A DNA stretch of 24,412 nt, from assembly GCA_039190745.1 (NCBI GenBank), contig JBCCXZ010000058.1, forward strand, positions 1-24,412. Direction: 5' to 3'. Below, in pieces: positions 7,959 to 15,641 of the stretch. The number at the start of each line of letters is the position of its first letter. Within the stretch, counting starts at the first letter, position 1. The notes beneath the pieces were generated by a model. The model worked only from the letters and a program-made list of their open reading frames with translations, did not search any database and was not told the DNA's origin. The position numbers and the translations under genes are program-made. Origin of the DNA: Planctomycetota bacterium (lineage in GTDB: Bacteria > Planctomycetota > Planctomycetia > Pirellulales > Lacipirellulaceae).

Positions 7959-8933
7959 ATGAACGATTCTGTACTGCTGCTGGCATTCCTCTCGACGACG
8001 ATGATGACGCGCATCGCCATTTTCGGCGGCGTCACCGCGCTCGCGCTGTGGGCGTTGGAGATGATGTCGAAGAAGAAGCCGCGGGCCGAGGAGCGGCTCG
8101 AGGAGCTGAGCGAGCCGACCATCCGACGGGAGGGCGGCAACAGCAAGGGCGCCGTCACGATGGTGCTGGAGAAGGCCTCGCCGGCCCTGTCCGCCCCGCT
8201 GCAGCCCAAGACCAGCGAAGAGGTCAGCCAGACCCGCGGCAAGCTCAACATGGCCGGTTTCCGGAGCGAGAACGCCCCGGAGATCTTCTGGTCGATGAAG
8301 ATGATTGGCCTGATTGTCGGGTTCGTCGCCGGCGGAGGCGTCGGCCTGTTTGTGAAGGGCATGACGCCTGACACCGCGACCTACGCCGGCCTCGGAGCCG
8401 GCCTGGCGTTCTTCCTGCCGGAGATCGTCGTCGCGTTGGTGGCCAAGAGCCGCAAAGACAACATTTTCTACGGTCTGCCGGACGCGCTCGACCTGATGGT
8501 CGTGTGCGTCGAGGCCGGTCTCGGCCTCGACCAGGCGATGCGCAAGGTCTCTGAAGAGATGAAAAAGACCTACCACGTGATTTCCGAGGAATTCGCGTTG
8601 TGCAACATGCAGCTGCAGATGGGCCGGGCCCGTAACGAGGTGCTGCACGACCTGGGGATGCGCACGGGCGTGGACGACCTGAAGTCGCTCGCCGCGATCC
8701 TGATCCAGGCCGACAAGTTCGGCTCGAGCGTCGCGCAAGCACTCCGTGTGCAGAGCGACTCGATGCGGACCAAACGCCGCCAGATGGCCGAGGAGAAAGC
8801 GGCCAAGACCGCCGTGAAGCTGATCTTCCCGCTGGTGATCTTCATCTTCCCGGCGATCTTCATCGTGCTGGTCGGCCCGGCTGCTATCACGATGATCAAC
8901 GAGCTGTTCCCGTCGATGCAGGGCGCACAATAG
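7959..8933 (+). CDS. tadC: Inner-membrane platform protein TadC (T2SS-F domain)
   Basis: LPDALDLMVVCVEAGLGLDQA and AEEKAAKTAVKLIFPLVIFIFPA motifs; only 1 nt separates it from the tadB stop. Confidence 0.95.
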   Translation: MNDSVLLLAFLSTTMMTRIAIFGGVTALALWALEMMSKKKPRAEERLEELSEPTIRREGGNSKGAVTMVLEKASPALSAPLQPKTSEEVSQTRGKLNMAGFRSENAPEIFWSMKMIGLIVGFVAGGGVGLFVKGMTPDTATYAGLGAGLAFFLPEIVVALVAKSRKDNIFYGLPDALDLMVVCVEAGLGLDQAMRKVSEEMKKTYHVISEEFALCNMQLQMGRARNEVLHDLGMRTGVDDLKSLAAILIQADKFGSSVAQALRVQSDSMRTKRRQMAEEKAAKTAVKLIFPLVIFIFPAIFIVLVGPAAITMINELFPSMQGAQ

Positions 8934-9093
8934 GCAGTCTGCGTAGTCTGTGCCTGTTCAACCGGAAGTAGCGAAGCCTCCTTTCCGGCTCTGACGATAA
9001 AGACGGCGGACCGGGTTGGTAGACCCGCTGCCTCCCCATTTGGGGGGGCCGGTCCGAACAGACCCAGACCCGCCCCGCACGCCAGGGATCGGC

Positions 9094-9726
9094 ATGAACA
9101 TGAAGAGATACATTTCTACGTGGATCGCGGCTGCCGCGTTGATGCTCGGCGCCTCCGACGCGTCGGCGCAGCTCGGCTGGTGGAACCCCGGTTGCGATTC
9201 GGGGTGCGACTCCGGTTGCGAGTCCGGGTGTGCCTCGAAGCATCACCAGATCGGGGCAAACTGCCGGTTCCACTACGACGAGAACGTGATCTGGCCCTAC
9301 CAGTTCGTGCCGTCGTCCAAGAACTCGGTAATCCAATTCAACGCGGTGCAGGCTAACGCTGGCTGGCGTCGCCAGAACATCCTGGGGGCTTACCACTTCG
9401 ACCCGGCCGACAACTCGCTGACGCAGGCGGGTTCTTTGAAGCTCAAGTGGATCCTCACGCAGGCCCCTGAGCACCGCCGCACGGTGCTTGTTGAACGTGG
9501 GCGGAACCTGGATCAGACGAACGACCGGCTCGCCTCGGTGCGTGACATCGCCGGCGGTATCCAGGTCGACGGCGGACCGATGCAGTTGCGGGATACGCAC
9601 CTGCTAGTCGACGGCCACCCGGCCACCTACGTAGACGCCACTTTTGTGGGCTTGCAGAACAATCGGCCGCCGCCTGTGTTGCCGTCCGCCGGCGGCACGG
9701 CAGGCTCCGCGGTGCCGACCGAATGA
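9094..9726 (+). CDS. Secreted protein of unknown function with (GCxS)n repeat, Tad-associated
   Basis: From ATG 9094 (or 9100): signal peptide MKRYISTWIAAAALMLGASDASA|Q, then GCDSGCDSGCESGC, a globular-looking domain and a Pro/Gly tail. Typical GC3 codon bias. Confidence 0.8.
   Translation: MNMKRYISTWIAAAALMLGASDASAQLGWWNPGCDSGCDSGCESGCASKHHQIGANCRFHYDENVIWPYQFVPSSKNSVIQFNAVQANAGWRRQNILGAYHFDPADNSLTQAGSLKLKWILTQAPEHRRTVLVERGRNLDQTNDRLASVRDIAGGIQVDGGPMQLRDTHLLVDGHPATYVDATFVGLQNNRPPPVLPSAGGTAGSAVPTE
9190..9231 (+). repeat. 12-bp coding tandem repeat encoding GCDS-GCDS-GCES-GC
   Basis: ggttgcgattcg gggtgcgactcc ggttgcgagtcc gggtgt; differences are mostly synonymous. Confidence 0.8.
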
Positions 9727-9778
9727 GCTAAGGCCGCTAACCTACTCACATGATCGTTCTGCCAGGGAGGGCGGGGAC

Positions 9779-10783
9779 GTGAAAAAAGGAATCTACTGGA
9801 CGCTCGCGGTCGCGTGCACCGCCACCGGGTGCATCACTGGCGGCGTACCGATGGGCTCGGCCCGCACGGCTCACGGGCCTTCGCATCAATCGCGGATGGT
9901 CCACGACGAGCTGAACTGGGAACAGAAACTCGTCCGCGGGATGAACCCGTTCTCTGAGTCCGCGCCGAGCCGCCCGGCCCCGCAGCCGCAGTACGACCCG
10001 CTCGAACTGAAGAATGGTTACGGCCAGAGCTCGCCGGAGATGTTCATTGAGATGGCGAAGCTCGCCGACCGCGGCGGCAACCTCGATCAGGCCCGACAGA
10101 TGTACGGCAAGGCGCTCGCTGCCACGCCGGGCAACCTGGACGCCCTGCTGGGCTTGGCGCGGCTCGAAGACCGCGCAGGCAACCTCGACGAGGCGATGCG
10201 CATCTACCGGCAGACGGTTGCCCTCCACCCGGCCAACGCCACGGCCTACAACGACCTCGCGTTGTGCCAAGCCCGCCGCGGAGAAATGCAGGAGTCGCTC
10301 TACCTGCTCCAGCAGGCGACGCAGCTTGACCCAGGCAAGGCGTTGTACCGCAACAACCTGGCGAAGGTGCTCGCGGAGATCGGCCGGCCGAACGACGCCT
10401 TGTCGGAGCTCTCCACCGTGCTGCCCCCGGCGGCGGCCCGGTACAACCTGGCGTACATGCTCCACGAGCGGGGACGCACCGCCGAAGCGGTCGGCTACCT
10501 CCAATCCGCTTTGGCGATCGACCCTACGCTGACCGCGGCCACGGAGCTGCTCGCGACGATCCGCTCGGGCGGTGAGCAATTGGCGACCAACGAGGCCCAG
10601 CAGCCGCAGGTCGACAACAGCATACTGCCAACGCCCTCGGTGCCGGCCGCGGAAGGGTCGTCGCAGCCGAGCTTCCCCAGCACAGGCATGCACACGCCGC
10701 TCACCGGGCCGGTCATGGTGCCGGGCGTAGCGTCGAAGACCTCCCTCTCCAACCCCCCGACCGACTTGCCGCCGCAGCAGTAG
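9779..10783 (+). CDS. TPR-repeat lipoprotein, TadD/pilotin-like
   Basis: GTG 9779 preceded by GGGAGG. Lipoprotein-type signal MKKGIYWTLAVACTATG|C, about five TPRs (ALLGLARL, AYNDLALC, YRNNLAKVL, ARYNLAYML) and a Pro-rich tail. Last clearly Tad-related gene of the cluster. Confidence 0.85.
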   Translation: MKKGIYWTLAVACTATGCITGGVPMGSARTAHGPSHQSRMVHDELNWEQKLVRGMNPFSESAPSRPAPQPQYDPLELKNGYGQSSPEMFIEMAKLADRGGNLDQARQMYGKALAATPGNLDALLGLARLEDRAGNLDEAMRIYRQTVALHPANATAYNDLALCQARRGEMQESLYLLQQATQLDPGKALYRNNLAKVLAEIGRPNDALSELSTVLPPAAARYNLAYMLHERGRTAEAVGYLQSALAIDPTLTAATELLATIRSGGEQLATNEAQQPQVDNSILPTPSVPAAEGSSQPSFPSTGMHTPLTGPVMVPGVASKTSLSNPPTDLPPQQ

Positions 10784-10886
10784 CCTTGGAGAAGTTGGCC
10801 CTCGCTGTTCGCTTGACCGCGCCTGCGGCGTCTGTCAGTCTGCGGGTTGAACCTTATCCGACAGACTGCATTCGCGGCGTGCAAAG

Positions 10887-11219
10887 TTGATCCGTCTGGC
10901 CAATACCGAACCGAAGTTCGCCCCGGGCGAGCTCGTGCGACACCTCCGCTACGGCTACCGCGGCGTGGTGGTAGCGGCGGACCGGCGTTGCGAGGCCTCC
11001 AACGAATGGTACTCGCGGAACCGCACCCAGCCCGATCAGCAGCAGCCCTGGTACCACGTGCTGGTAGACGAGTCGGCGGGGGTGACGTACGTCGCTGAGT
11101 CGAATCTGGAGGCCGACTCCGTCGGGGCCGAGATCACGCACCCGCTCCTCGATGATTTCTTCGAGGGCTACTCCGGCGACGGCTACTTACGTAACGACCG
11201 CCCATGGCACGGATGGTGA
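10887..11219 (+). CDS. hspQ: HspQ/YccV-like protein
   Basis: KFAPGELVRH..YGYRGVVV..D, QPWYHVLVD, TYVAESNL and ITHP motifs. TTG start uncertain. Confidence 0.88.
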   Translation: MIRLANTEPKFAPGELVRHLRYGYRGVVVAADRRCEASNEWYSRNRTQPDQQQPWYHVLVDESAGVTYVAESNLEADSVGAEITHPLLDDFFEGYSGDGYLRNDRPWHGW

Positions 11220-11233
11220 GCCGGTCGCCCTCT

Positions 11234-12109
11234 TCAATCGCGTTCGGCGACACGCAGCTTGGCGCTGCGTGAACGCGGGTTGCGTTGCGACTCAGAGTCT
11301 GAGGCGGTCACCGGCCGTCGAGTAACAACGTCCAGCCGCGGGTCGTCGCGGAAGGCGTGCTTCACGAGCCGGTCTTCCAGCGAATGGAAACTAATAATCG
11401 CCAGCCTCCCCCCGGGCCGGAGCACACCCGGCAGCAGCCGCAGGGCGGTCTCCACGCTCTTGAGCTCTTCGTTTACCGCGATCCGTAACGCTTGGAACGA
11501 CCGGGTCGCCGGGTCGATCGGGTTCGTCCTGCTCCGGGGAACGCACGAACGCACGAGCGCGGCGAAATCGCCCGCGGCCTCGATCGGGTCCGACGCATTG
11601 CGCGCCACCACCTTGCGGGCGATCCGCCGGCTGTAGCGCTCTTCGCCGTAATGGTACAGCACGTCGGCAATATCTTTCTCAGCCATCCGCCTGAGCATCC
11701 GCCAGGCGGGTTCGCCGCGGGTGGGGTCGAACCGCAAGTCGAGGGGGCCGGCGGCGTCGAAGCTGAAGCCCCGCTCGTGGTCGGCGAGCTGATCGCTAGA
11801 GAGGCCCAGATCGAGCAGCACGCCGTCGACCGCGTCGAGCCCGGCCTGCTGCACCATTTCCGGCACAGCCGTGTAGCTGCCGATGTGCAGCTCGATCGGC
11901 AACCCAGCGAGCGACGCCTCGGCGGCTTCGATGGCCGCGGGGTCGAGGTCGATCGCCAGCACCCGGCCACCGGGAGAGACGGCTTCGGCGATCGCCCGGG
12001 CGTGCCCCCCGCCGCCGAGCGTGCCGTCGACGAAGACGCCGCCCGGTGCTGGCCGCAGGTGCTCCAGCACCTCCGAAGGCAGAACGGGGACGTGAACGGT
12101 CGCGGTCAT
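11234..12109 (-). CDS. rsmH: 16S rRNA m4C1402 methyltransferase RsmH (MraW)
   Basis: HVPVL, VDGTLGGGGHA, LDLGLSS.QL...RGFSF, ATRSFQALRIAVNEEL, ISFHSLEDR.VK, NPRSRSAKLR. Confidence 0.97.
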   Translation of the reverse strand: MTATVHVPVLPSEVLEHLRPAPGGVFVDGTLGGGGHARAIAEAVSPGGRVLAIDLDPAAIEAAEASLAGLPIELHIGSYTAVPEMVQQAGLDAVDGVLLDLGLSSDQLADHERGFSFDAAGPLDLRFDPTRGEPAWRMLRRMAEKDIADVLYHYGEERYSRRIARKVVARNASDPIEAAGDFAALVRSCVPRSRTNPIDPATRSFQALRIAVNEELKSVETALRLLPGVLRPGGRLAIISFHSLEDRLVKHAFRDDPRLDVVTRRPVTASDSESQRNPRSRSAKLRVAERD

Positions 12110-12291
12110 AGGCAGACGGGGTGTCGCGGGAATCGCAGGTCACGGGAATCGGGCGTCGGCGGGGTGCTCTCGCCGCGGTCGGCGTGTAAGTTAGTCTCCC
12201 CGCGTCCGATTAGTCTCGCCCGAGCCGAACGCGGCGGTCAACCGTGCGTCAGCTTGCCCTCAAGGCCAACACCTCAGGAAGGTCTCACCGG

Positions 12292-13341
12292 ATGGAGCCG
12301 TGGATCGATTACGACCTGCCGAAGTCGCTCATCGCGCAAGAGCCCCTGGAGAACCGGGCCGACGCCCGTCTGATGGTCGTGCGGCGTGAATCGGGCGCCA
12401 TCGAGCACCGTCACGTGCGCGACCTGCCGCGGCTCTTGGACGCGGGCGACCGGATGGTACTTAACGACACCCGGGTGGTGCCGGCCCAGCTCCGAGGCCG
12501 CCGCGAGTCGACCGGCGGCAACTGGCAGGGGCTTTTCCTCCGCGAGCACGAGGAAGGCGGCTGGCGGATCGTCTGCAAGACTCGCGGCCAGCTCAAGCCT
12601 CCCGAGCCGGTGGTGCTGACCGACAACGACGGCCGCGACGCGGCCCGGCTCTGGCTCGTCGAACGCCTGGAGGACGGGCAGTGGTTGGCAAGGAGCGAGG
12701 GCGACGCATCGACCTCAGACCTGCTGAGCCTGGTGGGCCGCGTGCCGCTCCCGCCCTACATCCGCGACGGGGCGATGGTCGACGACGACGTGGAGAACTA
12801 CCAAACCGTCTTCGCCCGCCACGCCGGCTCGGTCGCCGCGCCCACGGCGGGCCTCCACTTCACGAAGCGGCTCCTCCAGGAAATCGCACTCAAGGGAGTC
12901 GGCTTCTCGGCGGTCACGCTGCACGTCGGCTTGGGGACTTTCCGGCCGATCGCCGCCGACGACGCTTCGGAGCACGTCATGCACGAGGAGTGGGCCCGTG
13001 TGACTCCCGCGGCGGCCGCGGAACTCACGGCGACGCGCGCCGACGGCGGCCGTGTTGTCGCGGTCGGCACCACCGTGACGCGGGTGCTGGAATCGGTTGC
13101 GGCCCAGAGCCCCGCAAGCGTGTACGCCGCATGGGAAGGGCAGACCGACCTCTACATCACGCCGCCGTACGAGTACGCGGCGATCGACGCGCTGATGACC
13201 AACTTCCACTTCCCGCGCACGACGCTGCTGCTGCTGGTGCAGGCGCTGGCGGGTTCGGAGTTGGTCCGCACCGCGTACGACGAGGCGATCCGCGAGGAGT
13301 ACCGCTTCTACAGCTACGGCGACGCGATGCTGATCCTGTAG
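12292..13341 (+). CDS. queA: S-adenosylmethionine:tRNA ribosyltransferase-isomerase QueA
   Basis: DYDLP..LIAQEP, VLNDTRVVPA, VPLPPYI, YQTVFA..GSVAAPTAGLHF, TLHVGLGTFRP, TNFH.P, YRFYSYGDAMLIL. ATG 12292 is preceded by AGGAAGG. Confidence 0.97.
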   Translation: MEPWIDYDLPKSLIAQEPLENRADARLMVVRRESGAIEHRHVRDLPRLLDAGDRMVLNDTRVVPAQLRGRRESTGGNWQGLFLREHEEGGWRIVCKTRGQLKPPEPVVLTDNDGRDAARLWLVERLEDGQWLARSEGDASTSDLLSLVGRVPLPPYIRDGAMVDDDVENYQTVFARHAGSVAAPTAGLHFTKRLLQEIALKGVGFSAVTLHVGLGTFRPIAADDASEHVMHEEWARVTPAAAAELTATRADGGRVVAVGTTVTRVLESVAAQSPASVYAAWEGQTDLYITPPYEYAAIDALMTNFHFPRTTLLLLVQALAGSELVRTAYDEAIREEYRFYSYGDAMLIL

Positions 13342-13421
13342 ACCAGCTGCGTAGACCGTGGGCGGCAAACCGAGGACGTTCGGCGTGTGGTTCGGGTTGG
13401 AGAGGGTCGTGTGCCGGGCGT

Positions 13422-13601
13422 TTAAGACCCGAGCGCCGCGGCGATCTGAGCGGACGAGTTGTCGAAGCTGGCTCCGGTCTGCGTGGCGAGCAGGTTAACC
13501 GAACCGAGGCAGACGCCAACGATCAGAGCCAAGACAACCGCGTATTCCACTGCGGTTGGACCGTCTTCCTCCCTGACAAGTTGCAGGATTCTGTGGATCA
13601 T
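13422..13601 (-). CDS. flp: Flp family (type IVb/IVc) pilin, 59 aa; absent from the ORF track
   Basis: Hand translation: MIHRILQLVREEDG|PTAVEYAVVLALIVGVCLGSVNLLATQTGASFDNSSAQIAAALGS*. Short leader ending in Gly, Flp motif E+5/Y+6, hydrophobic helix and a Phe near the C-terminus. Confidence 0.93.
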   Translation of the reverse strand: MIHRILQLVREEDGPTAVEYAVVLALIVGVCLGSVNLLATQTGASFDNSSAQIAAALGS

Positions 13602-13727
13602 GTGACCAGTAAGCTGAAGCTAGGTAACGCCGGCAGGACCCGGCGGAAAAGGATGGGGGAGACGCGTGGTGTGGTCGGCTCCATTGAAAGCCTAGGTCAC
13701 GATCCGGGCCTCTGCGGCTGGGCGCAC

Positions 13728-13755
13728 AAAAAAACCCGGCTTTAGAGCCGGGTTT
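13728..13755 (-). terminator. Intrinsic terminator downstream of the iscA-like gene
   Basis: Minus strand reads aaacccggct-ctaa-agccgggTTTTTTT: a GC stem, 4-nt loop and a 7-T run, about 30 nt after the stop codon. Confidence 0.88.
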
Positions 13756-13783
13756 CTGTGGTTTTTCGCGGGTCGGCAGGCGG

Positions 13784-14116
13784 CTAGGCCTGGAAAGAGC
13801 TGCCGCAGCCGCAAGACTTCACCGCGTTCGGGTTGTCGAACGTGAAGCCGCGTTTGTCGATGCCCTCGTAGAAGTCGACCGTTGTGCCGTCGAGATAGAG
13901 AGCGCTCTTTTTGTCGACCACGACCGAGACGCCGTGGAAGTCGTACTTCGAGTCGGCTTTTTCGTCGTAGTTCTTGTCGAAGCCCAGCGAGTAGTTGAAT
14001 CCGCTGCAGCCGCCGCCAGCGACGCCGACCCGCAGGACGGTGCCTTCTTCCAGCTTCTGGTCCTCGATGATCCGCTTGACCTCGGAGGCGGCCTTCTCGG
14101 TGACAACGACGCTCAT
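13784..14116 (-). CDS. iscA: A-type Fe-S carrier (IscA/HesB/ErpA family)
   Basis: [23 protein letters not shown] and F.F.NPN...SCGCGSSF, with all three conserved Cys. Confidence 0.95.
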   Translation of the reverse strand: MSVVVTEKAASEVKRIIEDQKLEEGTVLRVGVAGGGCSGFNYSLGFDKNYDEKADSKYDFHGVSVVVDKKSALYLDGTTVDFYEGIDKRGFTFDNPNAVKSCGCGSSFQA

Positions 14117-14210
14117 GTTTCTGATTCCTGTGCTTGGAAACCGCTTGATCGAAAGGATTTAGGACTTGCCGTGCGGGTAACCGATGCCCCGGGCCAGTTT
14201 TCACACCCTT

Positions 14211-14227
14211 TTGCTACATTATAGCAA
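14211..14227 (-). promoter_or_regulatory. Extended -10 promoter (TGCTATAAT) for iscA, overlapped by inverted repeat TTGCTA-N5-TAGCAA
   Basis: Minus strand 14226-14218 is TGCTATAAT, a perfect TGn-TATAAT about 100 nt upstream of the ATG. No good -35 hexamer. Confidence 0.7.
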
Positions 14228-14299
14228 TCTCTTCGGCCCGGGAAGGCCGGCGAAACAGGCAATTTCTCTTGCAGTGGCAGCGAAAAATCGAGCGTCCGT

Positions 14300-15493
14300 T
14301 TACGCTGAATCTCTGCCCAGGGCCGCCAGTGCCGCCGCAACCTCGTCGGCCGCCGCGGGGACCTCCGCTTCGGTATTGAAGCGGCCCAGCCCGAACCGGA
14401 GCCCGCCACGGGCACGATCCTCTGGCAGCCCGAGGGCAAGCAGCACGTGGCTCGGGCCTTCGTGGGAGGAGGCGCAGGTCGCCCCGCTGCTAGCGGCCAG
14501 CCGCTCGGTCTTCAGCAACAGCGACTCGCTGTCGACCCCCCGCACCAGGGCATAAAGGTTGCCCGGCAGGCGGCGGGTGTTGCCGAGTTCCAACGCCGGG
14601 CCGCAGAGCTCCACGCCGGGGATGCGCGCCTGCAGAGCGGACCAGAGACTGTCGCGCATACCCGCGATGCGGAGAGCTTCTTCTGCTTGCTCCGCCAGGC
14701 AGAGTTCTACCGCCTTGGCCAACCCAACAATCGCAGGCGTGTTGAGCGTCCCAGACCGCCGCCCCTGCTGCTGGCCGCCGCCGGTGATCTGCGGCCGCAG
14801 CCGAACCCGCGGGGACCCGCCGCGGACGTACAGCACGCCGATGCCCCGCGGGCCGTAGAGCTTGTGGCCGGAGAAGCTCAGCAGGTCGACGCCGAGCTCG
14901 CGGACGTCGACGGGTATCTTGCCGACGGCCTGCGTGGCGTCGGTGTGCAGCAGCACGCCGGCCTCACGGCAGAGGGCGGCGATTTCTCGGAGCGGCTGGA
15001 TCGTGCCGATCTCGTTGTTGGCGAGCATCACGCTCACCAGCGCCGCGTCGTTGGTGACCGCCTCACGCAGCTCGTCCAGGTCGATCCGCCCCGCTTCGGC
15101 GTCGCCGTGGGGGCGGACCCCGAGCAAATGAGTTTGCTCGCCGCCCTTGGCGAGATCACGCAGCGGCTCGAGCACCGCGTCGTGCTCCGTGGCTACGCCG
15201 ACCAGCCGGCTCCCCCTGCGGCGGGGGTGCTGCATCACGCCCCGCAGCGCAAGGTTGTTGCTCTCGGTGGCGCCGCTGGTGAAGAGAACCTCGTCGGGAG
15301 AAGCGCCGATGGCGGCCGCGATGGACTCTCGGGCCCGCTCCACAGCCGCACCCGATTCACGCCCTAGAACGTGGTTGCTGCTCCCAGCGTTGGCGTACTG
15401 CTCGGTGAGGTAGGGCAGCATCGCCTCCACCACGCGCGGGTCGCACCGCGTGGTGGCGTGGTTGTCCATGTAGATGTGGGGGCCTTCGGCCAT
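14300..15493 (-). CDS. iscS: Cysteine desulfurase, IscS/NifS type
   Basis: IYMDNHATT, FTSGATESNN, NNEIGTIQP, HTDATQAVGK, PLP lysine in SGHKLYGP, RSGTLN, catalytic Cys in SSGATCAS, RFGLGRFNT. Confidence 0.93.
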   Translation of the reverse strand: MAEGPHIYMDNHATTRCDPRVVEAMLPYLTEQYANAGSSNHVLGRESGAAVERARESIAAAIGASPDEVLFTSGATESNNLALRGVMQHPRRRGSRLVGVATEHDAVLEPLRDLAKGGEQTHLLGVRPHGDAEAGRIDLDELREAVTNDAALVSVMLANNEIGTIQPLREIAALCREAGVLLHTDATQAVGKIPVDVRELGVDLLSFSGHKLYGPRGIGVLYVRGGSPRVRLRPQITGGGQQQGRRSGTLNTPAIVGLAKAVELCLAEQAEEALRIAGMRDSLWSALQARIPGVELCGPALELGNTRRLPGNLYALVRGVDSESLLLKTERLAASSGATCASSHEGPSHVLLALGLPEDRARGGLRFGLGRFNTEAEVPAAADEVAAALAALGRDSA

Positions 15494-15529
15494 GGTCTAT
15501 CGCTCGGCCGGGTCCGCAAGAAATTCTTT

Positions 15530-15600
15530 GTGGGAGGCCTCTCTGAGGCCGATTACGGCTACAAACGCAGAACAGAATCGGGCTCAGAGAGCCCCCCTAC
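15530..15600. repeat. REP doublet (REPIN-like) element, copy B
   Basis: GTGG-GAGGCCTCTCTGAGGCC ... GGGCTCAGAGAGCCCCC-CTAC; same length and architecture as 1965-2035, in the opposite orientation. Confidence 0.82.
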
Positions 15601-15641
15601 AGAACGGTTCCGACGGATACAGCGTAACCCCTGCAGCCGCC

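Noticed and set aside
13602..13727. Possible c-di-GMP riboswitch upstream of the Flp pilin
   Set aside because: I could not find the two-hairpin GEMM pattern (GNRA loop plus receptor) by eye. An Rfam/Infernal scan would be decisive.
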